Shown: positions 1 to 8,546 of the stretch, piece by piece | Layout: the number at the start of each line of letters is the position of its first letter | How positions within the stretch are numbered: position 1 is the stretch's first letter | From: a virus | Taxonomy: Duplodnaviria; Caudoviricetes | Virus record (IMG/VR): IMGVR_UViG_3300037692_000546 | Coordinates: 1-58,332 of that record | Direction: 5' to 3' (one strand) | Length of the DNA stretch: 58,332 nucleotides | The notes under the pieces: generated by a model | Told to the model about the DNA's origin: nothing | The model's database searches: none | Seen by the model: only the letters and a program-made list of their open reading frames with translations | Program-made: the position numbers and the translations under genes

Positions 1-312
1 TTTCAGTTCCGCGTCGGTGAAATCCCGCCCGCGCCATGATATCAGATCCTTGCGCAAATTGGCTTTTTCACCGAAGGAGTTGGTATAGCGCTTGTTGAGA
101 GTAAAGGGGCGGCCGTCCTCCATCAGCTCGCCGGACACTTCCCATATAATCATCAGTTCTTTATTCACTGCGTCGGGTTTGGCTTGGGGGTGGGTGTTCT
201 TGTGCGTCCCGAGCTCAACGACCTGTAGACAGCGCGCGGCATAAACGCCTGCCTCCATCAGTTCGTAGTTCTTGCTTTCGCTGTAATCGCCTGCACTGGT
301 AATGGCTCCCAT
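1..312 (-). CDS. 5' part of SSB-like/replication protein (NGO0469-like family); continues across the window junction into 58026-58332
   Basis: Manual translation from ATG at 312 with RBS AAGGAG: MGAITSAGDYSESKNYELMEAGVYAARCLQVVELGTH...SFGEKANLRKDLISWRGRDFTDAELK; no stop before position 1. Confidence 0.75.
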   Translation of the reverse strand, partial: MGAITSAGDYSESKNYELMEAGVYAARCLQVVELGTHKNTHPQAKPDAVNKELMIIWEVSGELMEDGRPFTLNKRYTNSFGEKANLRKDLISWRGRDFTDAELK

Positions 313-339
313 AGTGGTGCTCCTTTGGATTGGTGGCCG

Positions 340-795
340 TTACGGCCGAGTTAAGGATGAAAAGTGCGGAATTAGTTCCGCGGAAAAGCGTTTGATACAG
401 CTGATAATTTCACTGTGTTCCGGAAGCGGCTGTTTGTTCGGCATCTTCCATACCCCGTCGACCTCCCGAAGGTAGAGGCAGTCGCCGTCCAGGTGCTTGA
501 GGATGCAATGAATGTAGTTGACCAGGATCGCCTTGAGCTTGAGATACTGCAACAGCCCAGTAAACAGGTCGAAGAGGTCGGGGTCTTGTGCGTAAACAGA
601 TTGCTGGCCGGCAATAGTTTTTATCCTTGTGTTCTCCAGGATTATACCAAATTCCCGCTCAAAATAGCCAATGATTTGCTTTTGGCTGTTCCAGTTGATC
701 GGCGGCAGCAGAGACCTGGTGAAGGTTAGCGAGGCGTCGAATTCCGCCTTGAGTTGTTGGACTTTACCGACGTCGAAGACGATATACGGTCCCAT
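340..795 (-). CDS. DNA polymerase A thumb-subdomain-like protein (no palm/fingers)
   Basis: INWNSQKQIIGYFEREFGI ~ PolA FNLNSPKQL..LF..LGL; LLQYLKLKAILVNY ~ ILEYR.L.KL.STY; PNKQPLP ~ PNLQNIP. Confidence 0.55.
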   Translation of the reverse strand: MGPYIVFDVGKVQQLKAEFDASLTFTRSLLPPINWNSQKQIIGYFEREFGIILENTRIKTIAGQQSVYAQDPDLFDLFTGLLQYLKLKAILVNYIHCILKHLDGDCLYLREVDGVWKMPNKQPLPEHSEIISCIKRFSAELIPHFSSLTRP

Positions 796-1058
796 AATTG
801 ATTCAGCCTTTCGATAATGGACTCATAATCCAGGTTGTAGTGGGCCGCGAAACTGTGCTTGCCGAGGTTGTGCGCTTCGGTGTGTTTGTCGCGACGCAGC
901 GGAATACAGCGTGTATCGTCGGTCTTATTCCCGCCGTCGCCGTCGCGGTGCACATGATGCGGATCGTTCGGCCCGGGAGTCAGGGTCAACAGACAGGGTA
1001 AAGAGGCAATCCATTCCTTGTACTTTTTGTTGCGGATGCGCTGTGGTTTCGGAAACAA
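726..1058 (-). CDS. DUF968-like HNH-related phage protein
   Basis: RIRNKKYKEWIASLPCL...DPHHV...KTDDTRCIPLRRDKHTEAH pattern; TTG start. Confidence 0.65.
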   Translation of the reverse strand: MFPKPQRIRNKKYKEWIASLPCLLTLTPGPNDPHHVHRDGDGGNKTDDTRCIPLRRDKHTEAHNLGKHSFAAHYNLDYESIIERLNQLWDRISSSTSVKSNNSRRNSTPR

Positions 1059-1088
1059 GGACTATCCTTCCAGTGTAATTGATTACGT

Positions 1089-1379
1089 TTAGGCTTTAAG
1101 TACACGCGCACACATCTCTGCGTGCATCTCTTCCGCCTCCTCCCAAGTCGAGCATCTTTCGCATTCTTGGTCCAATGGGCCATCAAAAACCATCGTCTCG
1201 AACAACAAAGGCCGATTATTGTCAAAACCATGATCCAGGCCGAGGAAGATCGTGCTGACGAGACTTTTTCCTATGGTGTTTTTTTTTACAGTGCGGTTGG
1301 CTGTTTCAAACCATATTGCCCACTTCATCAGGTCGGGTTCTTGCACTGCGTTGTGCCCTTCAAGAACGTACTTATTCAT
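1089..1379 (-). CDS. conserved hypothetical phage protein
   Basis: VSTIFLGLDH...PLLFETMVF motif typical of a common phage family; RBS AAGGAG. Confidence 0.6.
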   Translation of the reverse strand: MNKYVLEGHNAVQEPDLMKWAIWFETANRTVKKNTIGKSLVSTIFLGLDHGFDNNRPLLFETMVFDGPLDQECERCSTWEEAEEMHAEMCARVLKA

Positions 1380-1406
1380 AGGCTGGGCTCCTTTTCGGAT
1401 AGGCGG

Positions 1407-1550
1407 TCATGCGGCGCAGGTGGACTTCTGGGCGGTTTTAATCTCGAACAGACAGTTACGGCAGGTAATGACCAGAGCGCCCGCCACACAGGCAATATCG
1501 AAGTCGTGGTCGTTGTTACAGCGCGGACAGTGCAGATAACTGTCTCTCAT
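1407..1550 (-). CDS. small zinc-ribbon protein (47 aa)
   Basis: Manual translation MRDSYLHCPRCNN...TCRNCLF; ATGA overlap with upstream gene. Confidence 0.55.
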   Translation of the reverse strand: MRDSYLHCPRCNNDHDFDIACVAGALVITCRNCLFEIKTAQKSTCAA

Positions 1551-1789
1551 AAATCCTCCAGAATCACAGTTTCGAGGGCCATCAATAGTAGCTCTTCGGT
1601 GGGGAAGGCAGTGTAGACGCGCAACAAGGAAGCATCAGTGGTAATCCGGTTAAATTCGATCATTTCCAGTTCGTCTGGTTCTAGAGGCGGTTCGCCCGGC
1701 TCCCGATATCCCCGCCTGGCCGGATAGTAGTCGTAATTGACTTCAAAGTCGATCCCCAGTGCGGTAACGCGGTGATGATAATTGTGCAT
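1547..1789 (-). CDS. hypothetical phage protein
   Basis: ORF with RBS GAGGAGG in a tight - strand operon. Confidence 0.55.
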   Translation of the reverse strand: MHNYHHRVTALGIDFEVNYDYYPARRGYREPGEPPLEPDELEMIEFNRITTDASLLRVYTAFPTEELLLMALETVILEDL

Positions 1790-1798
1790 AGTTCCTCC

Positions 1799-2182
1799 TC
1801 AATATTCGCTTGGCAGCATGATCACGTCGTGTTCTTCGTCCAAAGGAGCCACCCAAAGTTCGATAAAAGCCAGATCGAAGTCGGTGTATTCGATTTCCTG
1901 CGTCACGACCGGCGGGATACCAAGATCTTCGCGACAGGTCAGGACCGCCCGCTTATCCGAGACTTTGAGTTTCCAAAACTGCATCTGGTTTGCCCAGGGA
2001 TAGGTGGTTTTCAGTTCCGACTGATAGGAGGCGATTGCATCCATCAGCCAGAAAACGCCGTTTGTGCCGCCGTTACGAGCGACGTGCAGCGCTCCTTCGG
2101 TGAGCAGCATGGGTACAAAGGGATTGAATTTGGTGTAGTGCGCGGTGCCAGTGAATTGCGCCAATTCATGATGTTTCAGCAT
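1799..2182 (-). CDS. DUF6876-like protein
   Basis: LAQFTGT...TEGA...FWLMDAIASYQ...FWKLKV...QEIEYTDF...IMLPSEY; start reassigned to ATG 2182 after GGAGGAG. Confidence 0.7.
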   Translation of the reverse strand: MLKHHELAQFTGTAHYTKFNPFVPMLLTEGALHVARNGGTNGVFWLMDAIASYQSELKTTYPWANQMQFWKLKVSDKRAVLTCREDLGIPPVVTQEIEYTDFDLAFIELWVAPLDEEHDVIMLPSEY

Positions 2183-2256
2183 AACTCCTCCTTGGGTTGG
2201 TGGGTTCAAGTTGAAGCCCCGGTTTCCCGAGACTTCGCCTTCAAACCAGCAAACCT

Positions 2257-2895
2257 TTATTCTACAACGATTCGATTAAAGACCTGGTACAGCTCCGGAT
2301 TAGCGTCTTGGAAACAGCGGCTTGCCAACTCCTCATTGCCGTCCATCAGCTTCAGATAGCGCTCGTAAAGGGTAAGCGCCTGTTCCTGCTGATATGCTTC
2401 GTTACGGGCAGCGCCGACCTTCTCATAGATCTCGTCGGCGATTTCATCGACCTGCTTTTTTACCGTCTTGTACTGGGATTCCAATGCTTCGTACGCCCGC
2501 TTCTCCTCGTCGTACTTCGTGGAAAGATCCTTGACCTTGGCCCAATGTTCTTGGGAGAAGACCATAATTTCTTCAACCTTCGGCCGGCTGTACTCTTCCA
2601 TCGGTTCGGCGGAGTATTTGCTATACGAACCGCCGGGCAGATAAGTTTTGTTGAACATTCTGGTTTTGAGAAACGATTCAACTACACTGCAGGCTTCCGT
2701 ATACGTTTCAAACAGCACGTTAGCCACTTGGTACATCTTGCGGTTGGGTTGAATGTCCGGCTTGACCGGTTCGACCGGTTCCGGCGGCAGCAGAGGTACG
2801 CTGTTCATGGCGCATTCCAGGTCGATCAGGGTTTTGAGCTGGTCGTCGGAAAGGGCGAGCAGATCGGCGTTGCTGTGTTCAGACAGTCGTTTCAT
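2257..2895 (-). CDS. hypothetical phage protein (coiled-coil C-terminus)
   Basis: 212-aa ORF, RBS GGAGA. Confidence 0.65.
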   Translation of the reverse strand: MKRLSEHSNADLLALSDDQLKTLIDLECAMNSVPLLPPEPVEPVKPDIQPNRKMYQVANVLFETYTEACSVVESFLKTRMFNKTYLPGGSYSKYSAEPMEEYSRPKVEEIMVFSQEHWAKVKDLSTKYDEEKRAYEALESQYKTVKKQVDEIADEIYEKVGAARNEAYQQEQALTLYERYLKLMDGNEELASRCFQDANPELYQVFNRIVVE

Positions 2896-3006
2896 AATGT
2901 TTCTCCAGGGTTAAGGCCCACAGATAGCAGGCGTGACAGATGCGTTCAGTGTGGTGCAGTACCAGATGGCTACGTAAACCGCTGCAGACTGGACAGATCT
3001 GATAAA

Positions 3007-3570
3007 TTACCAAGAGGCTTGATAGGTAAAGTGGGGGTATCCGTAATCGTCTTCTTCGGCTTGCTGCAAAGCGGCGTCGATGATCCGAACTGTTTCTTTT
3101 AGGTTTTCCAAATACCACTGATCGTAATCGGTCGAGCCGAAAAAGAAGCCCCCTGAAGTAGGTAGCAGTTTGTCGGCGACTTCGCGGTTGAGAATCACTT
3201 GGCCTTGTTCAAGATTCGGCAAAAACGGTCCGCCATTGCTGGCTGAATAGCCGTTGACAACAATCCCTTCGCCAACCTGCGAAGCGGCCAGAACTTGTTG
3301 ACAGAGATCGCGCAATTTGATCAATTGCTTTTTGGTGACAAAAGACTCCTGGCCTTTATCGACACCGTTTTGCACATTGTTTACGAACCATTTGTGGATA
3401 GCATTGGCTTTACGCCAGTAGCCGACTTGGAGGGTAATTTCTGAGACCTGGTTCAACCGAATCGGAATCGGTTTACCCTCTTCATACAAATCAATGGTGC
3501 CGGTGATATTTCGGTGCTTGTAGTTGGCACCGATATAGATCTTTCGGTTAAGGTACATGTCCAATCCCAT
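3007..3570 (-). CDS. conserved phage protein (MGLDMYL...YWRKANAIH family)
   Basis: Characteristic MGLDMYL / YWRKANAIHKWF / LPTSGGFFFGSTDYD / YQASW motifs; start at 3570 after AAGGAG. Confidence 0.7.
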   Translation of the reverse strand: MGLDMYLNRKIYIGANYKHRNITGTIDLYEEGKPIPIRLNQVSEITLQVGYWRKANAIHKWFVNNVQNGVDKGQESFVTKKQLIKLRDLCQQVLAASQVGEGIVVNGYSASNGGPFLPNLEQGQVILNREVADKLLPTSGGFFFGSTDYDQWYLENLKETVRIIDAALQQAEEDDYGYPHFTYQASW

Positions 3571-3851
3571 AAATTTTCTCCTTTTGAAATCAGGTTCTTG
3601 TAAGCGGCGAAACCATAATATCGGTTTGCCTTTCATTGGGGGTCGATGGTGGTCGCTGGTTTATGCCGTTGCTGCTGTTGCTCGCGTAATTGCAGTTCCC
3701 GATGCAGAATTCTGAGCCATTGCAGAAGTAGGGACTTTTCCGACAAAACTATATGTTCGATAAATTGTTCGGTCGTCATGCAACGGCCTTTCATAACGAG
3801 TTGGGGGTTGATGGTTACAAAGCTCATGCAAATGCGGGTTGTCCCAATCGA

Positions 3852-4079
3852 TCATAGGCCCTCCAGGTAGATGTAGCCGCGGGGAAAAAAGTGCAGTTTG
3901 TCTTCGTTCCAAAAGGCTTCGGGGTATTCGAAGCAAAACTTCGGGCCGAACAGCTCAAAGGCTTTGGCCCGCCCGGCTGCGGCATCCGGACTCTCAATTA
4001 CCGCCACACAGTCTTTGTCGAAGAAGTGTGGGCCGATCTGGTGCCGATGGTCAAAGCCAAATGTCACATAGGTCTTCAT
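3852..4079 (-). CDS. hypothetical phage protein
   Basis: RBS GGAGG, ATGA coupling. Confidence 0.55.
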   Translation of the reverse strand: MKTYVTFGFDHRHQIGPHFFDKDCVAVIESPDAAAGRAKAFELFGPKFCFEYPEAFWNEDKLHFFPRGYIYLEGL

Positions 4080-4240
4080 GCGTCCTCCAGTCTTAAATTG
4101 CGTTTGGCGGCTTCCAGGCGGGCGAGCAGAGCGTAGTCCTGCCGGCCCGCCTGTTGTTCCTTGTCATAAACTCCTTGCACTTGTCGGTTGGTACAACCGC
4201 GCAGATATGCTTCAAACTCTCTTTGGTCCTGCATCTTCAT
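4076..4240 (-). CDS. hypothetical protein (54 aa)
   Basis: Manual translation MKMQDQREFEAY...; ATGA overlaps at both ends. Confidence 0.5.
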   Translation of the reverse strand: MKMQDQREFEAYLRGCTNRQVQGVYDKEQQAGRQDYALLARLEAAKRNLRLEDA

Positions 4241-4596
4241 AACACCTCCAAGGCGTTCCAGGCCGCAATCAGTTTGTCTTCGATTTCGTCCAGGCGGGTT
4301 TTTAATTCTTCCTCACTGATACTGTAGGCTTTGAGCTGATACCAGATACCGGACTGTTCACCAGTAAGGCAGGCCTCTGCCGATACGTAGGGCTGTTGGT
4401 TGATTGTCCACAGAAAAGGAGTGATGCAAAAGCTAGGGGGCTTTTCGTTGCAATGACAGGGGCGGGCCGGATATTTGATTTTACGCCAGGCATACCAATT
4501 ACATTCATTGATAGGGACAGGCAAAGAATTTATTCCGACAGTGAAACCCTGTTCAGTAAGCCAAACCCGCCAGGCGTCTTGTCCTGTAAATTTCAT
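4237..4596 (-). CDS. hypothetical phage protein
   Basis: RBS GGAGG, ATGA coupling. Confidence 0.6.
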   Translation of the reverse strand: MKFTGQDAWRVWLTEQGFTVGINSLPVPINECNWYAWRKIKYPARPCHCNEKPPSFCITPFLWTINQQPYVSAEACLTGEQSGIWYQLKAYSISEEELKTRLDEIEDKLIAAWNALEVL

Positions 4597-4729
4597 AATA
4601 CCTCCAAAATTGGCCCTGGATAGCGCTTCGTAGCTCTGGCCATAGGTAAGGGCAGCTTATAGAAATAAAGCCGCTGGAAAGTGAAGAACAGCGTCTGGCG
4701 GGTGTTCCAGGAACCGAAAGCGAAGACGA

Positions 4730-5074
4730 TCATATCTTCTCCTTGAGAAATTGATAGACCGCGTCGGCGAAGCGGTCGGGGTCTATCATCGCTTCCTGAA
4801 TAAAGTTAGCCCCATTTGTTATACCTTCCTCGTCTATGAAAAAATCCCACCGCACAACGTCAGCCCACCATTCCTGCTTTTGCGCCCAACTCCACAGCTT
4901 GAAGAAACCATCCGGGGTGGAGAAATTGTTGTACGCAACTGGCTTTTCCTCACCACACTTTGCGCAGATATCGCTTTCTTTGGTGCCTTCATCAAAAGGT
5001 TTCGGCACCTGAAGGAACTCATGCCAGCACTCGTTCATTGCCTCGGTTAAAAACCTGTTGCGCTCGATATTCAT
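4730..5074 (-). CDS. hypothetical phage protein
   Basis: RBS GGAGG, ATGA coupling. Confidence 0.6.
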   Translation of the reverse strand: MNIERNRFLTEAMNECWHEFLQVPKPFDEGTKESDICAKCGEEKPVAYNNFSTPDGFFKLWSWAQKQEWWADVVRWDFFIDEEGITNGANFIQEAMIDPDRFADAVYQFLKEKI

Positions 5075-5331
5075 TCTTCCTCCGTAACCTGTGAAATAAA
5101 TTTATCCACTTTTGTTTTTAAAGTGCTGTATGCCTGTTCAACGGTCAGCAGGCGTTTCTGGTAGTACTCCAGTGCCGCAACGAAGGCATCGGTTTCGCTT
5201 TTTGCACACATGGCCAGGTTCATTCCTCTCGTCTCATCGTACAGCCAGAAGCCCTTGTTCCCGCCAGACTTGAACTCGCACAGCGACAGGGTTTCGCTCA
5301 GATTTATAAGGTTGTCCGGTGGCTTGCTCAT
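5071..5331 (-). CDS. hypothetical phage protein
   Basis: RBS GGAGG, ATGA coupling. Confidence 0.6.
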   Translation of the reverse strand: MSKPPDNLINLSETLSLCEFKSGGNKGFWLYDETRGMNLAMCAKSETDAFVAALEYYQKRLLTVEQAYSTLKTKVDKFISQVTEEE

Positions 5332-5621
5332 GCTTCCTCCCTGACCAGATGAAAACCGGGGTCCGGCTGTGCCCCGGCAACAACCTGCACGTCATACTCC
5401 ACCCAGCGGCTTGAGCCATCAGCAAAGGTTTCAATACGTTCAAAACGCCAGCCCATCGGTACCCGTTTCGAGCAGCGGCCGAACTGTTTCAGGCAGTTGA
5501 TAAACAGGGAATACTTGGTAGGGACTTCAATGTTTACTTCGGCGTCGAACTCGAAATCATAGGTGCGGTCTTTGCCCTTTTCAAATTCACGACGAGCGAC
5601 AGCGATTTTCACCAGATACAT
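5328..5621 (-). CDS. hypothetical phage protein
   Basis: Tight operon spacing. Confidence 0.55.
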   Translation of the reverse strand: MYLVKIAVARREFEKGKDRTYDFEFDAEVNIEVPTKYSLFINCLKQFGRCSKRVPMGWRFERIETFADGSSRWVEYDVQVVAGAQPDPGFHLVREEA

Positions 5622-5623
5622 AA

Positions 5624-5803
5624 TTAGGCTCCTTCGTTATCTTCCTTGAAACCGAAACCACCAACTGCGTTGCCGTTGATGTCCCGAATCGGGCCCTCTG
5701 TCTGCCTGGCCGCCAAACGATCGGCGGTTTCGCGCAGAATGCGGGGCAGTTCTTCTTTGTCATGAAAAGCATCATTGGTTGTCCGAACAGAGAGATAAAA
5801 CAT
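5624..5803 (-). CDS. small conserved phage protein
   Basis: NDAF...ELPRILR...IRDINGNAVG pattern; start ATG 5803 after AGGAGG. Confidence 0.55.
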   Translation of the reverse strand: MFYLSVRTTNDAFHDKEELPRILRETADRLAARQTEGPIRDINGNAVGGFGFKEDNEGA

Positions 5804-5877
5804 TGGTAACCTCCTTTTTGGTTTGAGGGAAGAAATCTTCCAGACTGCCCCCGAGTGTTCGGGAGCAGAAGCAAGAT

Positions 5878-6162
5878 TCATTCTTTGGCGGGTTCGGGCG
5901 GTTCCTCTACTGGCGGAACATAGACCGCCTGCAGTTCTTTTGCTTCTTCCACACTGAGAACTTCAACCGTTTCCACATGATATTCCAGGAAGGAAGGCGC
6001 TTCGATACAGCGATAGCGTCCGGCGACCATCTCGGTGGTTACGCCTTGCTGTCGGCTATCGAGCAGGCAAGTAATAGCTTTGAGGTCTTCCAAGCTATTG
6101 AAGACAAAAGAGGTGCCAGAACTGAAGCCGGTGCCAAAAGTCAGGCGATACTTTCTCATCAT
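5878..6162 (-). CDS. hypothetical phage protein
   Basis: RBS AGGAG. Confidence 0.55.
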   Translation of the reverse strand: MMRKYRLTFGTGFSSGTSFVFNSLEDLKAITCLLDSRQQGVTTEMVAGRYRCIEAPSFLEYHVETVEVLSVEEAKELQAVYVPPVEEPPEPAKE

Positions 6163-6188
6163 ATTTCTCCTGTAAATGTGCGCAAAGG

Positions 6189-6283
6189 TTCACTACGCAA
6201 AATTTGCATAGCGGATAAAAGTTTACTAACTGAAGCGTAATTTGCTGAAACAATTAAACATTTCACTACGCAAAAATTGCATA
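6189..6283. promoter_or_regulatory. two 22-bp direct repeats, each an imperfect palindrome (operator-like)
   Basis: TTCACTACGCAAAATTTGCATA (6189-6210) and TTCACTACGCAAAAATTGCATA (6262-6283), 73 bp apart. Confidence 0.6.
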
Positions 6284-6313
6284 TTGACAGGCTGTTTTTT
6301 ATTGAGCTATAAG
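6284..6313 (+). promoter_or_regulatory. sigma70-like promoter, antisense to the surrounding genes
   Basis: TTGACA (6284-6289), 18-bp spacer, TATAAG (6308-6313). Confidence 0.5.
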
Positions 6314-6422
6314 GGGGGGCAGGGGGGGATTGATTGTGTCTTGGTACTTTCCTCTTCGAGGGCCCAACGGGGGAAAAAACAAAACAAAAGCGGCCCGCCT
6401 TTCCTCTTTTGACCTTTCTCTC

Positions 6423-6641
6423 TTAAGCCTGGTATTCATTAACAACTCTGGCTATTCCATCGATAATCTTTCGCATTCTGGTGTTTTCCAACTCCAACAC
6501 TTTAATTCGTTGCCAGAATTCCAGGTGCGCATTATCAAACGAGCCTGGCTGGTCTGTGCGGCTGCCGGCCAATTGTCCGTAGCGGAGTAATACCCAATCT
6601 TGAGGGTTGTCTGAGCTGATATCCATTGTATATTTAGCCAT
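6423..6641 (-). CDS. hypothetical protein
   Basis: RBS AGGAGG. Confidence 0.55.
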   Translation of the reverse strand: MAKYTMDISSDNPQDWVLLRYGQLAGSRTDQPGSFDNAHLEFWQRIKVLELENTRMRKIIDGIARVVNEYQA

Positions 6642-6825
6642 GCTTTCCTCCTTGTTTGATCAATTCTCTTAACCGCTTTCCCGGGCCTTTTGTTCCATTC
6701 CATTCACAGCAAGCGCAATACACTTCTTTCTCATACAAAGCCCGCCCAAAGGCTCCGGTCTTTAACGACTTAACCTGACGCGAACTCCAATGGTTTCCGC
6801 AATCCGGGCAGAAATAACCGATCAT
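6634..6825 (-). CDS. small zinc-ribbon protein
   Basis: CPDC...CACC; RBS GGAGG. Confidence 0.55.
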   Translation of the reverse strand: MIGYFCPDCGNHWSSRQVKSLKTGAFGRALYEKEVYCACCEWNGTKGPGKRLRELIKQGGKHG

Positions 6826-6834
6826 TACACCTCC

Positions 6835-7032
6835 TCAAACACCGGGTAAAATAGGCCTGTTGGCGCCTGTGAGCGTTCTTTGTTGGCGGAAGGTGTCTAG
6901 GTATGCCTGCCAGCCTATCAAGCCCGCCCACCAACTACATTTCTCACAGATCAATTCTGTCTGGCAACCAAAGCGGGAGACAGACATCTCTTGCAAACGA
7001 TAGTATCCACCACAAACCGGGCACTGTTCCAT
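6835..7032 (-). CDS. small zinc-ribbon protein
   Basis: CPVC...CEKC; start at ATG 7032 after GGAGG. Confidence 0.5.
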   Translation of the reverse strand: MEQCPVCGGYYRLQEMSVSRFGCQTELICEKCSWWAGLIGWQAYLDTFRQQRTLTGANRPILPGV

Positions 7033-7323
7033 AAGGCCTCCTAAACAAACCGTCAATGCTTACTGGAGCTGCCAAACCCCACAAGGTTGTAGCCCCGCTC
7101 CCCGAAGGAAGCGAGGCGTTGAATTAGCGTTTTTCTGGCGGCTTGGTGAGCTTCCAGCCCTTTTTCAGCAGATTGGCAGCTTCTTTGTTGTCGACTTTTT
7201 CGCAAAAGCGTCGGTCTGGCGGGGTTATCCACTTCATTACAGCCTCCCTGTTTGTGTTACCGAAGTGAACTGACCGCGATCTTAGCTACCGCGGCCAGCA
7301 TCACGAGGGCCAACAATTCCATA

Positions 7324-7641
7324 TTAGAAAGTGGTATCCGTTGCCATCAAGGCCTTGAGGTAGTCGTCGGCGTCACGCTCGATTGAAGTCGGTGTACCGG
7401 CGCCAGGCACGATCTGCAGGATCTTGGCATCCGGTGCGGAGATATAGTTGCCGCTTTCGCTGAGCTTGCCGGTAATGTCGACGAACAGCCCGTCGTTCTT
7501 CTCGGGCAGGTGATCGCCGAATGCGGCCGCCGGTATCTTGAACGATTTGGCGTCTTTAACGCCTCTTAAACGGCAAGCAACAGACTCAACAGCACCATCT
7601 TTGTCACAGAATACGGCGTTAACGAACATTTCGGTTTTCAT
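7324..7641 (-). CDS. hypothetical protein (beta-rich, acidic tail)
   Basis: RBS AAGGAG; codon usage like the well-expressed genes. Confidence 0.6.
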   Translation of the reverse strand: MKTEMFVNAVFCDKDGAVESVACRLRGVKDAKSFKIPAAAFGDHLPEKNDGLFVDITGKLSESGNYISAPDAKILQIVPGAGTPTSIERDADDYLKALMATDTTF

Positions 7642-8209
7642 TGTAAAGCTCCTTTGGAAAGATGGGGGAACGAACGAAGGGGGAATCGAAAACGAAAACC
7701 CCCCAACAAGAAAAAATCTGACATCCAGAAACTGTTAAAAGGCTGGGGTAATCACAGGTGGAACAGGCGCATAGCAAACCGACCCAAGCCCGCCCGCCTA
7801 CTGGTCTAAGCCCTTACCCCCTTACCTGACCATAAGATAGAACAAGAACCCTATTACCAAATACCACCAGTTGTCCCCACACAAGAGAAACGCCAACAAC
7901 CTACGGCAACAGCCAGGCCGGGAAGGAACAGAGTTCTCAATACCCCCCGAAAAGCAACGCTCCTCTCTCACTGCCGCACCGTGATATTGTTTATGGACGA
8001 GCCGAAAAGTGCCCATGTGAATACTCCTTAAGGATGTAAAGCCCCTTTCTAATCCAAAAAGGGGCAAATTCGGGGTATTTCTCTAATAATCGGGCTGACC
8101 GGCCGATATATAGAGAAAAAACTATGTAACTGGAATTGTTCAACAAAGTGCGCTTCGCTCACGGGCGGGTAACCGGCGGTGGAACATTAGAGAAACGGCG
8201 CTTCACGCT

Positions 8210-8299
8210 CTAATGTTGGCGGCAAACCAGCGCCCCACAGCAGACACAGAAGCCCGCCCGAATAGTAACCCGCCTCTTGCAGCGCCGGCAGTATCTCAT
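8210..8299 (-). CDS. Cys-rich micro-protein (29 aa)
   Basis: MRYCRRCKRRVTIRAGFCVCCGALVCRQH, RBS GAGGAGG. Confidence 0.4.
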   Translation of the reverse strand: MRYCRRCKRRVTIRAGFCVCCGALVCRQH

Positions 8300-8412
8300 G
8301 ACTCCTCCTCTGTAACTTCGTCGTCCAGCCAGATGGTGGGGCAGTAGGGGCATTCCAGCTTTCCAATAGAGTGCCGGATGAGTCGCCCGCCGCAATCGCA
8401 ATGGTCTTGCAT
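8296..8412 (-). CDS. zinc-ribbon micro-protein (38 aa)
   Basis: MQDHCDCGG...ECPYCPT; RBS GAGGAGG, ATGA coupling. Confidence 0.45.
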   Translation of the reverse strand: MQDHCDCGGRLIRHSIGKLECPYCPTIWLDDEVTEEES

Positions 8413-8424
8413 AACAACCTCCTC

Positions 8425-8452
8425 AAAAGGGAAAGGCGGACCGAAGCCCGCC
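8425..8452 (-). terminator. intrinsic terminator-like hairpin
   Basis: - strand GGCGGGC-TTCG-GTCCGCC-TTTCCCTTTT. Confidence 0.5.
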
Positions 8453-8456
8453 GGTC

Positions 8457-8546
8457 TTACCAGAACCACAGGGTTATTGTGGCGAACACTACGGCGATAA
8501 TCAAGGTCAAGCTAACCTCTGCCAAGTCGAGCTTCTGTAAGCGCAT
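8457..8546 (-). CDS. small single-TM protein (29 aa)
   Basis: MRLQKLDLAEVSLTLIIAVVFATITLWFW; RBS GGAGA. Confidence 0.4.
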   Translation of the reverse strand: MRLQKLDLAEVSLTLIIAVVFATITLWFW

